Positions 25,192 to 34,787 of a stretch of 64,000 nucleotides of DNA are shown in pieces. The DNA is from a virus. Location: the IMG/VR virus record IMGVR_UViG_3300045988_125828, positions 1 to 64,000 of that record. One strand, written 5' to 3'. Numbering within the stretch: the stretch's first letter is position 1; each line of letters starts with the position of its first letter. The translations under genes and the position numbers were made by a program. The notes beneath the pieces are model-generated. The model searched no databases and had not been told where the DNA came from. It saw nothing but the letters and a program-made list of their open reading frames with translations.

Positions 25192-28100
25192 TTATATATT
25201 AATCTTTCGTTTTCCTTTGTCTATAACCATACCCACTAATCCCATAAACTCCTTTAACACAGCCAAGTTGGCTTCTGTGTTTTGAGCACTTCTTAGCGTA
25301 TTGTTAGCTATCGCTCTTAATTGCGTTAGTTGCTGTTCTGCGAGAATATTGTACTTTGGGAAAATTTCATTTCCTAATTTTTCAAGAAGAGCACGTTTTA
25401 CACTTACATCCTGTCGGATGCTATTGAGATAGGAGTTGGTTCTGTTCATAGTGTCCTCACTGGCTTGGATGCCCGTTTTTGACATTCCGGATGTGGAAGA
25501 TTCCCCGGTAGCTGTAAGCGCTCCTCCGGTAGCTTTATCAAAGGCTTCAAGGAAAGATTGCGAGGCATCTATCATGGCTTTCCCCTCATTGTCGAAAAAG
25601 TCTTTTATAGCCCCTGCTGCAACAGCGCCATTGTCTTGAATATCTGTAAACTCCTTAAACAGGCCTTTTTCTCCGAAAAGTTTATCCTGTAACTTTTCAA
25701 ACATGGGCTGTATTACCAAGTTCTTTAATATGTTGTTGGCAACACTTCGCATGATGTTGTTCACTACGTTGTCAAAAGCCTGCGCTGCATCTTCTCCGTT
25801 GGCAAAGGCTTCCGTTAGCGCATCGCTTATCTGACTTGCCCAATCCTGAAAATCTATTCCGTACAAATCTTTGGTGAGATCTTCCACGAAATAGGCGATT
25901 TGCTCGTTCAGTTCCGCAAGCTGGTTCTTATAGTCTTGTATCTTTCCTGCATCAGATTTCTTTTTCCCTTCTTCGTTTCTTAATTGTCCCTCTATCTCTG
26001 CACGTTGAGAAACAAGTCCCACGTATTGGGCCTGATATTGTTTAAGGACGCTGTTATCAAGTTCCTTTCCCACACCAACCTTTTCCAATGCCTCCAGCGC
26101 TTCCTTGTCTACACCTATTTTAAAGTTTAATCCCATAAAACGCTGCATCCCGGCTGGGAGGCTCTCCATTGATTTTATCCGTTTTTTTAATTCTTCCACA
26201 TAGTCCAAACCCTCGTCCTTTAATACTCGGAATTGCATTTTATAGCTTTCGGTAAGCGAACTCCCGGCGCGTTTAACTTGTTCTTCCAACTGTTCATATA
26301 GCAATATGGCACGCTCTATGCTTTCATCTCCACCAAGCGATCTATCTATGGATTTTCCTAATTGATCGTAGGCGGACTTTAATTCCTCAACTCTTTGTTT
26401 GCTACGCTGGATACTTCTTTCAAGTCTTTTGTCATGTAGTTGCGCAATGCCGGAAATAAGGCTTAACGCTGCACCTGCTGCTGCTCCCCAAGGACCTGCT
26501 GATGCCCCGAATAAAGAAGTCGCCATTCCCATGCCTTGCGATGCTCCTTGCATCCCTCCTCCCAAAATTCCAGCAGCATCTGAAAGGCCTGTTCCCAGTC
26601 CAATATTTTCAAACACTCCTCCTAAGAAATCCGCAGCTCCTGCAAGCGCATCAAACTTACCGATTACGCCTTGTATGGCCTTTGACTGGTCGGAATAAGC
26701 CGAACTCAAATCATTTTCCGCTGCGTCTATTTCTGCCTTAGAAGCTCCGCTGCTCTTCAATGCTTCCAGCCTGTTTTTAGCCTCCTTAATGCTGCTAAAA
26801 GAGGCCTCCAACGCCTTGAACGGACTTCGTTCTGCAAATTCTCCACGAAGCTTACGCAACGCCTCTACCAATTCTTTGGTATCTTCGATTGATAATCCTT
26901 GCTTTTGGGAAAATTCCTCTACCTTAGAAATCATGTCGTCTAACGTAGATGTAGATACCCGGTCAAGGTCATCAAAGATACGCACCCAGTCACTGCTTTC
27001 CTTGAATTGATCGAATAGCACAGACGATGTATCTTCTTGCGCCCGCTTGTTTACTTCTTTTACAAGGGTGTCGGCCTCTTTGCTGCCTATGCTTTCCCTG
27101 TTTTTCTCTATATCTGCAATGCTCTTTTGGCGGTTACGTTCAATATCTTCTATCTTTTGGGAATAGTCTTTATAATCTTCTATCATGCCTGAAAGGTTTT
27201 CAATGCTTTCAGACCGCATTTTCTTGCCCTCCTCGCTTATTGCTTGATACAGCTTTAAAATCTGTCCTTCTCCGAATTGCTTCTTTACGTCATCCTCTTT
27301 CATGGCAAGGACATCAGTAATGGAAAGCTTGCTTCCTGTCTTTTTTAGGGCATCTCCAAGCTGATTGCGGAAATCTTCAACAATGCTTTCAAATGATATG
27401 TTTTCACCGAAAGCAATGTTCATGGAAAGTGCTTTGTTTCCGGTCGCTTCAAATAGCTTTTTATACAAGTCCCATTTCTCTCCGGCTTGAGAGACATATT
27501 TCTCTATTTCCTTTAAGGCGTTATCGGCTTCTTTTTTTGCGTTTTCAATCTGCTCTTTGTCTATCTTAACGCCAAGAGAAACATATAAATCTTTTTGCTT
27601 CTCCTTGCTTTGATCCAGCTGGTTTTGGATATACTTGTACGCCTTACTCGGATCGCTCAAGTCTAAATTTACCCCCTTGCTATCAAATACTGGTGCAAAT
27701 TCGGGTATATTCTTTACTCTTTGGGCGGCCGATTCTTCCCCCTCTATTTTCCTCCATTTCTCGTAGCTGGAAATAGCTTTTTCTATGAGGTCGGAACGAT
27801 TCTTCCATTGCTCGGCAATAGGGTCTTTTTCACTTCCGGATGATTTGCCTAATACACCAAGAGTATCCATTATCTTTTTTGACACATCAAATACTTTTTG
27901 TGCATTACGTATAGTGACTTCGGAATACGGATTCCCCTTTTTGAAACTATTTAAGACCTTATCTGCATTTTCTCTTTCCTCTTTTACTCGCTTGGCGTAT
28001 TCTTCATATGCTTCATCATCTTTAGGTATAAGACTATTTATACCGTCCGCCATACTTTTCGCCACAGTAAACCATGAGGATTTAGTATTTTCTTCTACTT

Positions 28101-30207
28101 CATTGGTAATAGACAATATGGTTGAAAAATCCTCTTTTGCTTCTTTTACAAGTGAACGGGCTATTTCTAATTGGGCTTTTGCATCTTTAAGCATTTGGGT
28201 ATTCATGATGTGCCCGTCGCTTGCCACAGAATAAAGTTCTGCATCTTTAACTCCTCTTTCTGCATCAATTAGTCCCTGGTAAGCTCTTTCTAAATTTATT
28301 CTTGATGTTTCTCGCGCAGTAGTTCTTGCTGCTCTATTAGACATATTTAATAGCTCAATTTGCCCTTTTAGCAAAGATTGCTCATAAGACATATTTTTAA
28401 AAATAGAAGGATATATCCCTTGAAGCTTTTCATAAGCCATCCGTCTCTCATCCACAGCTTTGGATGTATCAAACATTGTGGATATATAACTGTTGGCTTT
28501 GTTTTTTGCTTCTGATATTTTTTCGTTTTGTTCTTGGACTTGAACATTAAATTCACGTATTGTTTCTGCGGCACTTTTAGTCTTTTCTCTTAAAGTGAAA
28601 TATAGTCCAGTAAATGCACCCAGGGCAGTGATTAATATCATCCAAGGATTGGCTGCTGTAACTGCATTTAATATACCTTGTGCTACTGCTTGAGATTTTG
28701 TTACAGCAGTCAGTCCTTGCATCGCTCTCGTCATATTTATTATATTGGTAAGCGTGTTTATTGTAATTGTAGCTTTATGAGCCGCATTTACTGCTATGAC
28801 TGCTGTTTTATAAAAGCCATAAGCTCCTACAAGAGAGCTAAGGATAGCTGCTACCGCCTTCCAATGTTTCATCAGCTTGGTAAGTATTTCCAAACTATCA
28901 GAAAGGACGCCGCTATTACCCTCTGCAATGTCAGCCATCATTACATCCCAAGCGTCTTGCAAGTTACTCCATTTACCCGCAAGACTTTCTGCGAGGGCTT
29001 CCTGCATATTGTAGAATTTCCCACCTTCATTGGTTAACTCCCAAAGGACATCTTTCACCATGCCAAAGCTGACTTCTTTTCGGCTGATCTTATCGAATAC
29101 ATCTCCGGCGGAGGTTGCTTCTCCTGTCAATTTGGTAAACTTCTTCGCCAGCTCATCAACTAACGGAATGCCTGCTTCTGTGAACTGTCTAAGTTCTTGT
29201 CCGCGAAGAAACGCAGCACTACGAACTTGTCCGTATGCCAATATGATACGTCCCATATCAACACCGACACCCGCGGAAATATCAGCAAGCCGCTTAGTCG
29301 TATCGTAAAGCTCTTCGTAGGGGATACTATATGCAGAAAGCTGTTTTGCGTATGACGCTAATTCCTTAAACTGGAACGGGGAAGCCACCGCTAACTCCTT
29401 GATGCGGTTGAATATCGTTTCAGCTTTCACACTATCCCCGATAATGGAGGTCAGTGCGATGCGTTGTTTTTGGAACTCCCCACCAATGGTATATAATCCC
29501 CTAATAAAACGTTCTGCCGTATATATGGAATACACGTTGGCGATTTGATTTCTTAACTCTCCGGCTATTCGAGACTGGGAAGACATGGTTGTATTTGCCC
29601 GCTTCATAGCGGAATTATGCGTATCTGCGGCTTTTGCTGCTTGCAAACGGGCGTTTCTAAGCTGCTCAAGGGCCTTTTGAGAGTTGGCGTAAGCGTCTGT
29701 ACGTTTCATTTGGGAATTAGCATAAGCATCCGCACGAATTATTGAAGATGCTGCTTTAACGGCTCTTAATTCTGCCTCGGATTGTTCACGCCCCCTTTTT
29801 AGACTGGCATTTAACTGTTCTCGCTCTTTCTTAATACTGGCATCTAATTGCTCTCGTTCCCTCCTAATGTCTTGAAGAACCTTTTTGTATGTCACATCAG
29901 CATCCATGCGTACTGTTGTTGCAAATCCCTTGATTCCTCTTAGCTCATTAGAAGTCATTCCTTTCCCCTTAAACGCCTCTGTAAAATTCTTGATACTCTC
30001 ACTATCCACCTCAAGCTTCACCTTGTACGTCTTGTTTTTCAGCAAGGAATCTACTTTATCCTCAATCTCTTTTACATCAACCTTCAATCCTACTTTCGCG
30101 CTGACGGTTGCGTGCATGTTGACGAGCTTTTTTTTGATAGCTTCGTATTCCTGTTCTGTATAATTTTTCAGGTGAATCCCAAAATTTAAATTTCCGAGGT
30201 CTTCCAT
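25192..30207 (-). CDS. tail tape measure protein (1671 aa)
   Basis: Very long, coiled-coil-rich ORF with central hydrophobic/Gly-rich segments. Preceded by the G/GT chaperone pair. Confidence 0.85.
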   Translation of the reverse strand: MEDLGNLNFGIHLKNYTEQEYEAIKKKLVNMHATVSAKVGLKVDVKEIEDKVDSLLKNKTYKVKLEVDSESIKNFTEAFKGKGMTSNELRGIKGFATTVRMDADVTYKKVLQDIRREREQLDASIKKEREQLNASLKRGREQSEAELRAVKAASSIIRADAYANSQMKRTDAYANSQKALEQLRNARLQAAKAADTHNSAMKRANTTMSSQSRIAGELRNQIANVYSIYTAERFIRGLYTIGGEFQKQRIALTSIIGDSVKAETIFNRIKELAVASPFQFKELASYAKQLSAYSIPYEELYDTTKRLADISAGVGVDMGRIILAYGQVRSAAFLRGQELRQFTEAGIPLVDELAKKFTKLTGEATSAGDVFDKISRKEVSFGMVKDVLWELTNEGGKFYNMQEALAESLAGKWSNLQDAWDVMMADIAEGNSGVLSDSLEILTKLMKHWKAVAAILSSLVGAYGFYKTAVIAVNAAHKATITINTLTNIINMTRAMQGLTAVTKSQAVAQGILNAVTAANPWMILITALGAFTGLYFTLREKTKSAAETIREFNVQVQEQNEKISEAKNKANSYISTMFDTSKAVDERRMAYEKLQGIYPSIFKNMSYEQSLLKGQIELLNMSNRAARTTARETSRINLERAYQGLIDAERGVKDAELYSVASDGHIMNTQMLKDAKAQLEIARSLVKEAKEDFSTILSITNEVEENTKSSWFTVAKSMADGINSLIPKDDEAYEEYAKRVKEERENADKVLNSFKKGNPYSEVTIRNAQKVFDVSKKIMDTLGVLGKSSGSEKDPIAEQWKNRSDLIEKAISSYEKWRKIEGEESAAQRVKNIPEFAPVFDSKGVNLDLSDPSKAYKYIQNQLDQSKEKQKDLYVSLGVKIDKEQIENAKKEADNALKEIEKYVSQAGEKWDLYKKLFEATGNKALSMNIAFGENISFESIVEDFRNQLGDALKKTGSKLSITDVLAMKEDDVKKQFGEGQILKLYQAISEEGKKMRSESIENLSGMIEDYKDYSQKIEDIERNRQKSIADIEKNRESIGSKEADTLVKEVNKRAQEDTSSVLFDQFKESSDWVRIFDDLDRVSTSTLDDMISKVEEFSQKQGLSIEDTKELVEALRKLRGEFAERSPFKALEASFSSIKEAKNRLEALKSSGASKAEIDAAENDLSSAYSDQSKAIQGVIGKFDALAGAADFLGGVFENIGLGTGLSDAAGILGGGMQGASQGMGMATSLFGASAGPWGAAAGAALSLISGIAQLHDKRLERSIQRSKQRVEELKSAYDQLGKSIDRSLGGDESIERAILLYEQLEEQVKRAGSSLTESYKMQFRVLKDEGLDYVEELKKRIKSMESLPAGMQRFMGLNFKIGVDKEALEALEKVGVGKELDNSVLKQYQAQYVGLVSQRAEIEGQLRNEEGKKKSDAGKIQDYKNQLAELNEQIAYFVEDLTKDLYGIDFQDWASQISDALTEAFANGEDAAQAFDNVVNNIMRSVANNILKNLVIQPMFEKLQDKLFGEKGLFKEFTDIQDNGAVAAGAIKDFFDNEGKAMIDASQSFLEAFDKATGGALTATGESSTSGMSKTGIQASEDTMNRTNSYLNSIRQDVSVKRALLEKLGNEIFPKYNILAEQQLTQLRAIANNTLRSAQNTEANLAVLKEFMGLVGMVIDKGKRKINI

Positions 30208-30215
30208 GTCGATTG

Positions 30216-30664
30216 TTATTTTGTGTCCTTTTTAATAGCGTTAACGCCGTTTACTATAAAATCATTAAGAGATATTCTTTGTCCTTTAGCTTCCTGCTCT
30301 TTCCTTTTTGCCTCCCATTTTCTTGTCAGCTCTTTCATCTCTTTGGAAGTGTGCATTCCCTTGTCTGTCTTATCGTCATTATTGTACACTACAATAGGAG
30401 CATCACATATAAGAAGCTCATACAGAGCATTGGTAAGCACCCAGTCCATGTACCAGTTAGGGATATTCACCATTCCCCAAAAGAGAACGAGAGGGCGGGT
30501 TAATTCGGGATGTTTTTCTCCGTTTGCAAAGGCTGCTCCTGCCGAAGTTCTTGAAGGATACGATCTGCTTCCTTTCTCGTCATCGTCATCACTGTGTCCT
30601 TCATTCCTGTCAAGAACATGGTAATGTTCAAGTATTGAAGTCTCTGAAATTCCACTTTTTTTTT
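30216..30664 (-). CDS. -1 frame part of the tail assembly chaperone GT-like fusion
   Basis: The -1 frame has no stop from the A9 run (30656-30664) through the 30216..30473 ORF, checked codon by codon. Confidence 0.55.
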
Positions 30665-31027
30665 ACCAAGAGCAACGACACTTGTCAGTTCTTGGTCCGT
30701 ATATTTCTTCCACAGAATGCGCCAATGTATCCAATGGAAAAGCCTTATTTTCCACCAGTTATTCAGGATTATAAGGGACGCACATCGGGCTGTCACCTCA
30801 TCGTCTTGTTTGCATGATATAAAGGTGTGCGTCAGCTTTCTTATCGTTCCCCGGTGAAGCCACTTTATTCCAATCTCCTTTTCGCGAAGAGATACATAGT
30901 CTGTGCTGTTCTCAAGCACTTCATCAAGTCTTTCCTGTTCTACCGAAGTAGGTTGAGTTATCGTTTTGTCGTTCATAATGTTTTGAGGTGTAAAAAGAAA
31001 AGGCGGCGGCATAAAGCTCACCGCCAT
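30500..31027 (-). CDS. tail assembly chaperone (G-like; start may be the internal Met MNDKTITQ)
   Basis: Lies between the major tail protein and the tape measure. Contains an A9 slippery run. Confidence 0.6.
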   Translation of the reverse strand: MAVSFMPPPFLFTPQNIMNDKTITQPTSVEQERLDEVLENSTDYVSLREKEIGIKWLHRGTIRKLTHTFISCKQDDEVTARCASLIILNNWWKIRLFHWIHWRILWKKYTDQELTSVVALGKKKVEFQRLQYLNITMFLTGMKDTVMTMTRKEADRILQELRQEQPLQTEKNIPN

Positions 31028-31032
31028 TAATA

Positions 31033-31296
31033 TTAGGTACCAGTACCAGCCTGTGTAACTTCTACTGCTGCTGCTTTGCTTGCGGTAGAAATGTTCACAA
31101 TGGCAGTTCTGACAGATGCTCCATTATTTGCATCAACCTTGACCGTTACCACTTTGCCGCTTACGGAAGTCTTGCACCATGTTTCTGTTGATGAAGCAGA
31201 TACTGGGCTTTCTTCTGTTGTAGCTGTAATGGTCTTCCCTGTATTATCAGCGCTGCTGACGAAAGACAGGGAAGTAGGAGCTACGGTCAGGAGGCT
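31033..31296 (-). CDS. -1 frame C-terminal extension of the major tail protein carrying a BACON/Ig-like domain
   Basis: 88 sense codons with no Met, hence absent from the track: ...LSFVSSADNTGKTITATTEESPVSASSTETWCKTSVSGKVVTVKVDANNGASVRTAIVNISTASKAAAVEVTQAGTGT*. Confidence 0.5.
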   Translation of the reverse strand, partial: SLLTVAPTSLSFVSSADNTGKTITATTEESPVSASSTETWCKTSVSGKVVTVKVDANNGASVRTAIVNISTASKAAAVEVTQAGTGT

Positions 31297-31856
31297 TTTT
31301 TTGTTAAGAACGCGATATTGTCGTCAGAAGCAGCAGTGGACGCTGCACCGTCTTCAATTTCAATCGTTCCACTAAGCGCAAATGCAAACGGAGTGGTGGA
31401 TGCGTTCTCGAACAACGGGCGTGCGTAGATAGCCATTTTCTTAACCAATATACACTTCTCTCCGTCTTCGCTCAACAACGCAAAGCCTGCATTAATCTTC
31501 TTGCTGTTCAGAGTTACGGATATTCCGGAATACTCTTGTCCGTTTACGGAAGCAGTTGCTACCTTGTTGGCTTCTCCGAGGAAGAAGCTAACCAAATCCT
31601 CGCTTATACTCGGTACGGTAGCCGCAAATGTAATGTCACCTGCTGTACTTGTTACAGCCCAGTCCGCTTGAAGTCCATGCACCTTTGTACGGTTCAACGT
31701 GGGTTCTGCTTGGGACAGGTTCAGGGAATCCACAGTAACGGGCAAGTCAAAATCCGGCTCCACTGTTGCAAAGTCAGTAATACCACCCTTTACCAGCATG
31801 ATAGAAGAAAGACCGCTAAACACTTCTTTCAACTCTTGTTTTGATTTCATTGCCAT
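31287..31856 (-). CDS. major tail protein (189 aa)
   Basis: Position upstream of the chaperones and tape measure. Ends ...FLTKKAS* with an A7 run. Confidence 0.6.
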   Translation of the reverse strand: MAMKSKQELKEVFSGLSSIMLVKGGITDFATVEPDFDLPVTVDSLNLSQAEPTLNRTKVHGLQADWAVTSTAGDITFAATVPSISEDLVSFFLGEANKVATASVNGQEYSGISVTLNSKKINAGFALLSEDGEKCILVKKMAIYARPLFENASTTPFAFALSGTIEIEDGAASTAASDDNIAFLTKKAS

Positions 31857-31886
31857 AATAAAAAGTTTTAATCGTTTATTTTATGT

Positions 31887-32291
31887 TTATTTTATCACAA
31901 GGTCAGCCCTTATCAATGTAGCGCTAAACCCTAATCCGTCATTACCTTTCAATGTCAGCTTTGGGTTAGAGACGGTGATAACACTGTCACTAATCGGGAA
32001 CAAGGAAAGAACTTTCCCAACAAGGGCGTCCATTACATTTAAATCTTCAACGCCGCTTTTCTTTAATCTCACGTAGACCTCTACGGTGCAGTATGTTTGT
32101 ACGTTTCCAAAACCGCATCCGTAAGTCGAGGAAGTCAATTGTCCTGGCAGTGATACTACTATGAAATTATCCATTTGCTTAGGAACGGCAGCGGGTCGGT
32201 CATTGGTAAACACGTTATCACTAACCGCAGTTGCTGCATTAAACAATGATTTAAGCGCGTCTTTGTATTTAAAATCCTGCTCGTATCCCAT
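31887..32291 (-). CDS. neck / tail completion protein (by position)
   Basis: 134-aa track ORF between the capsid and tail genes. Confidence 0.45.
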   Translation of the reverse strand: MGYEQDFKYKDALKSLFNAATAVSDNVFTNDRPAAVPKQMDNFIVVSLPGQLTSSTYGCGFGNVQTYCTVEVYVRLKKSGVEDLNVMDALVGKVLSLFPISDSVITVSNPKLTLKGNDGLGFSATLIRADLVIK

Positions 32292-32294
32292 AAC

Positions 32295-32834
32295 TTACAT
32301 CGGTTTAAATGTCATCTTAGCTATGCTCTCTGCGTAATCGTATGTGTCGGAAAGCACATTCAGTCCTTTCTTGGATTCCAAATAGTTGGAATATTCAGTA
32401 CCTGTGCACATTACCAACCCTATTACATCACGAGGAGACCTATAATTCTTGAGGAAATTTACAGATGTGGTTAATCCGTATTCTCCGTTGGTATCAATCA
32501 GATTGTACTTTTTTATAGGTATAAGCCTTCCGCTTTCATAGCTTCTTACCATTATCACTCCAAGTCCGTCCCCTCTGCTCAATTTAGGGCGGGTAGCGTT
32601 CTTCAGTCCTTGTGTGACAACGGCGGTTATTATTCGGGAAAGCCCGCCTCTATAATAAATTCCGACAGCCAATGAAGTCAACGTGTTTCCTGTTACATTA
32701 TGGTATTGTGCCGATACTACTCCGTCATTCAGAAGCTTAATGGCGATCTCCGTTATTCTATCCAACATATAGTTGTCAATAACAGAATTAATCTTCTTCT
32801 TCGCGTCCTCCAAGACTTTAGTATTGTCTTCCAT
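32295..32834 (-). CDS. neck / head-tail joining protein (by position)
   Basis: 179-aa track ORF. Confidence 0.45.
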   Translation of the reverse strand: MEDNTKVLEDAKKKINSVIDNYMLDRITEIAIKLLNDGVVSAQYHNVTGNTLTSLAVGIYYRGGLSRIITAVVTQGLKNATRPKLSRGDGLGVIMVRSYESGRLIPIKKYNLIDTNGEYGLTTSVNFLKNYRSPRDVIGLVMCTGTEYSNYLESKKGLNVLSDTYDYAESIAKMTFKPM

Positions 32835-32837
32835 ACC

Positions 32838-33170
32838 TTAATTTTTAGCCAGATTGAAATACAACGTTGTTCCCATTTCCGTAGGATAACAATCAGTTAC
32901 AACACACGCTTTAAAGGTTCCTCCGTAGTCGGTAACGTCAACAAGATCTCCCGCGATAATATCCTTCACGAGTCCGGGAATATCTATGGCGTAATCGCTT
33001 TTTATAACGTTGCTTTTCGTAAATGTTCTCAAAGAGGAGCTTCCATACTTGTTGCATTCTCCCTCATACAGAACTGTTTCCGATCCGTCTTCAAACGAGG
33101 TTTCCCCCGAAATACGATACACCTTGCATGTATGCGGAAAACGTGGATTGTTTACTTTCATAGAGGCCAC
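32838..33170 (-). CDS. head-tail adaptor-like protein (by position)
   Basis: 110-aa track ORF. Confidence 0.45.
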   Translation of the reverse strand: MASMKVNNPRFPHTCKVYRISGETSFEDGSETVLYEGECNKYGSSSLRTFTKSNVIKSDYAIDIPGLVKDIIAGDLVDVTDYGGTFKACVVTDCYPTEMGTTLYFNLAKN

Positions 33171-33559
33171 CTTTTGTTCATGTTCATACCCAAGTTGACA
33201 ATCTTAATAGACGATTTCTTAACATTCTCTCCATACAAAGCATATATGTCATTAGCCATTTGCCGTAAATTGCGCTTGTCATAAGCGGAACTCTCTGTAC
33301 CGCCTTCTTTATGTTTCCAAACGCCATTGGCATCCTCTACACTTCCCGTTACACTCGGAGTGCTCGCGCACCACATATAAAGATCTGCCCGGCATAAGTC
33401 CTTGAGACGCTTTTCGATTGTAGTTACATCAGAACCGGAGGTGATGCCTCTGTCAATCAATATCGTATTGATTGCGTTGTCTGTAACCTCGAAGCCGACA
33501 CAGCCACGAAGGTATTCTTCAATGGTTGTGCCGGTAGTTGTATTTAGAGAATCTTTCAT
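33158..33559 (-). CDS. head-tail connector-like protein (by position)
   Basis: 133-aa track ORF directly after the capsid gene. Confidence 0.45.
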   Translation of the reverse strand: MKDSLNTTTGTTIEEYLRGCVGFEVTDNAINTILIDRGITSGSDVTTIEKRLKDLCRADLYMWCASTPSVTGSVEDANGVWKHKEGGTESSAYDKRNLRQMANDIYALYGENVKKSSIKIVNLGMNMNKRWPL

Positions 33560-33561
33560 GG

Positions 33562-34773
33562 TTATTTACCCTTAATGTTCAAGTAGTAGAACCAACGAAC
33601 CTTGTTAGGAACAACCAATCCGGTAACTTCCGATTTGATAGTCTGCGTCATGGTTTCGTCGTTGAATACTTGGCGAATCAGAGTACGCCCGCCGTCATAC
33701 AAAGCAGTACGTGCACCCGGCGTTTCCATGAAGATAGGACGTCCGCATTGTACGTCTCCCAAATCTTCGTTCGGGACATACGCCATAACACCTTCCTCGA
33801 AGTTCTGCAAGGTCTTGTAGTTGATTTTCTGCGTATCCTTATCGTAGCTTTCTACTACGGAGATAGAATCAACCACTCTGATTTCAGCGCCGATACGAGC
33901 TTCGATAAACGCCTTGATTGCGTCATCTGTGACGAGGTTTGCAAACGCAAGTTGCATATCCTTGTCAGAAATATCCGGACGGTTGGCAACAGTGTACATC
34001 TGACGGAAATACGGCAGATTGATGATGTCATCCCAAGTAGTCTTGCTTACCTCCCAATGTCCCTGCGGTGCAAAGTCTTTCTCTTTGCTGTATCGGATGA
34101 CATCACGCATCACCTTGATAGGGTCAATTGAAGTTCCTACGGCTGCTTCCTGTGAAACAACTCCTGTTGAATCGACTTTCTTGTACCAATAAGAATCTTT
34201 AATATTCTTCTTGGGAACACCAAAGTCTATTGACAATGAGATGCCAAGAGGATTGTTAGCTGCGTCAATAATCAGATTCCCTTTCTTGGAAATAACCTGA
34301 TTTCTCTGATACAGGAACGTGTTGTAGTTACCTCCAAGCAAGCTGTCTACTCCATTAAACAGAAGTTCCATGATTGTAGCCTCTATTTCCGGTGTAGAAC
34401 TGCCGATAGCATCCATCAGCATCATCTTTTCACGCAAGATTTTACGGCTTAACGTAATCTCGTGCTTGAAAGTAGGCAATCCGCCCATTTGCAATGAAAG
34501 GCCGTCGGTTGACTTGGTAGCACCGTCACTGTCAATATCTACGTAGGTAGCCAGCGTGTACGGGCGAATTGTTGCCTCAATCTGTTCGTAAGTAGGATTC
34601 AGAGGAATGTTAGGATTTAACGGGAAACCCATTTGGGCAAAAGTCTGTTCTGCGTTATACTTATCCGCAAACATGTCGTTAATCCATGCCTCCAACGGTT
34701 TGTTGCCGGTATATCCCATAGCAGCAAGCCCTCTTCCTACAATATCGTAAAATTCTTTGTTTCTTGTGTACAT
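33562..34773 (-). CDS. major capsid protein (403 aa, lambda gpE-like arrangement)
   Basis: Size and position: scaffold, then a small head protein, then this ORF. No antisense ORF is credible. Confidence 0.7.
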   Translation of the reverse strand: MYTRNKEFYDIVGRGLAAMGYTGNKPLEAWINDMFADKYNAEQTFAQMGFPLNPNIPLNPTYEQIEATIRPYTLATYVDIDSDGATKSTDGLSLQMGGLPTFKHEITLSRKILREKMMLMDAIGSSTPEIEATIMELLFNGVDSLLGGNYNTFLYQRNQVISKKGNLIIDAANNPLGISLSIDFGVPKKNIKDSYWYKKVDSTGVVSQEAAVGTSIDPIKVMRDVIRYSKEKDFAPQGHWEVSKTTWDDIINLPYFRQMYTVANRPDISDKDMQLAFANLVTDDAIKAFIEARIGAEIRVVDSISVVESYDKDTQKINYKTLQNFEEGVMAYVPNEDLGDVQCGRPIFMETPGARTALYDGGRTLIRQVFNDETMTQTIKSEVTGLVVPNKVRWFYYLNIKGK

Positions 34774-34787
34774 ATTATCCCCCTTTC

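Noticed and set aside
25436-30163. Numerous + strand ORFs nested antisense in the tape measure gene (e.g. 26399..26698, 27785..28234, 28678..29037)
   Set aside because: These are typical shadow ORFs of a long, codon-biased gene. The same reasoning applies to antisense ORFs in the capsid (33538..34131), neck (32700..33284), fibre (14035..14655), tail protein (18111-21627), primase (42934-44141) and 42260..42781.
30500-30520. Alternative frameshift site GAG AAA AAC near the end of the chaperone ORF
   Set aside because: It is not an X_XXY_YYZ heptamer in the zero frame. The upstream A9 run is a canonical slippery site, and the -1 frame is already open from there.
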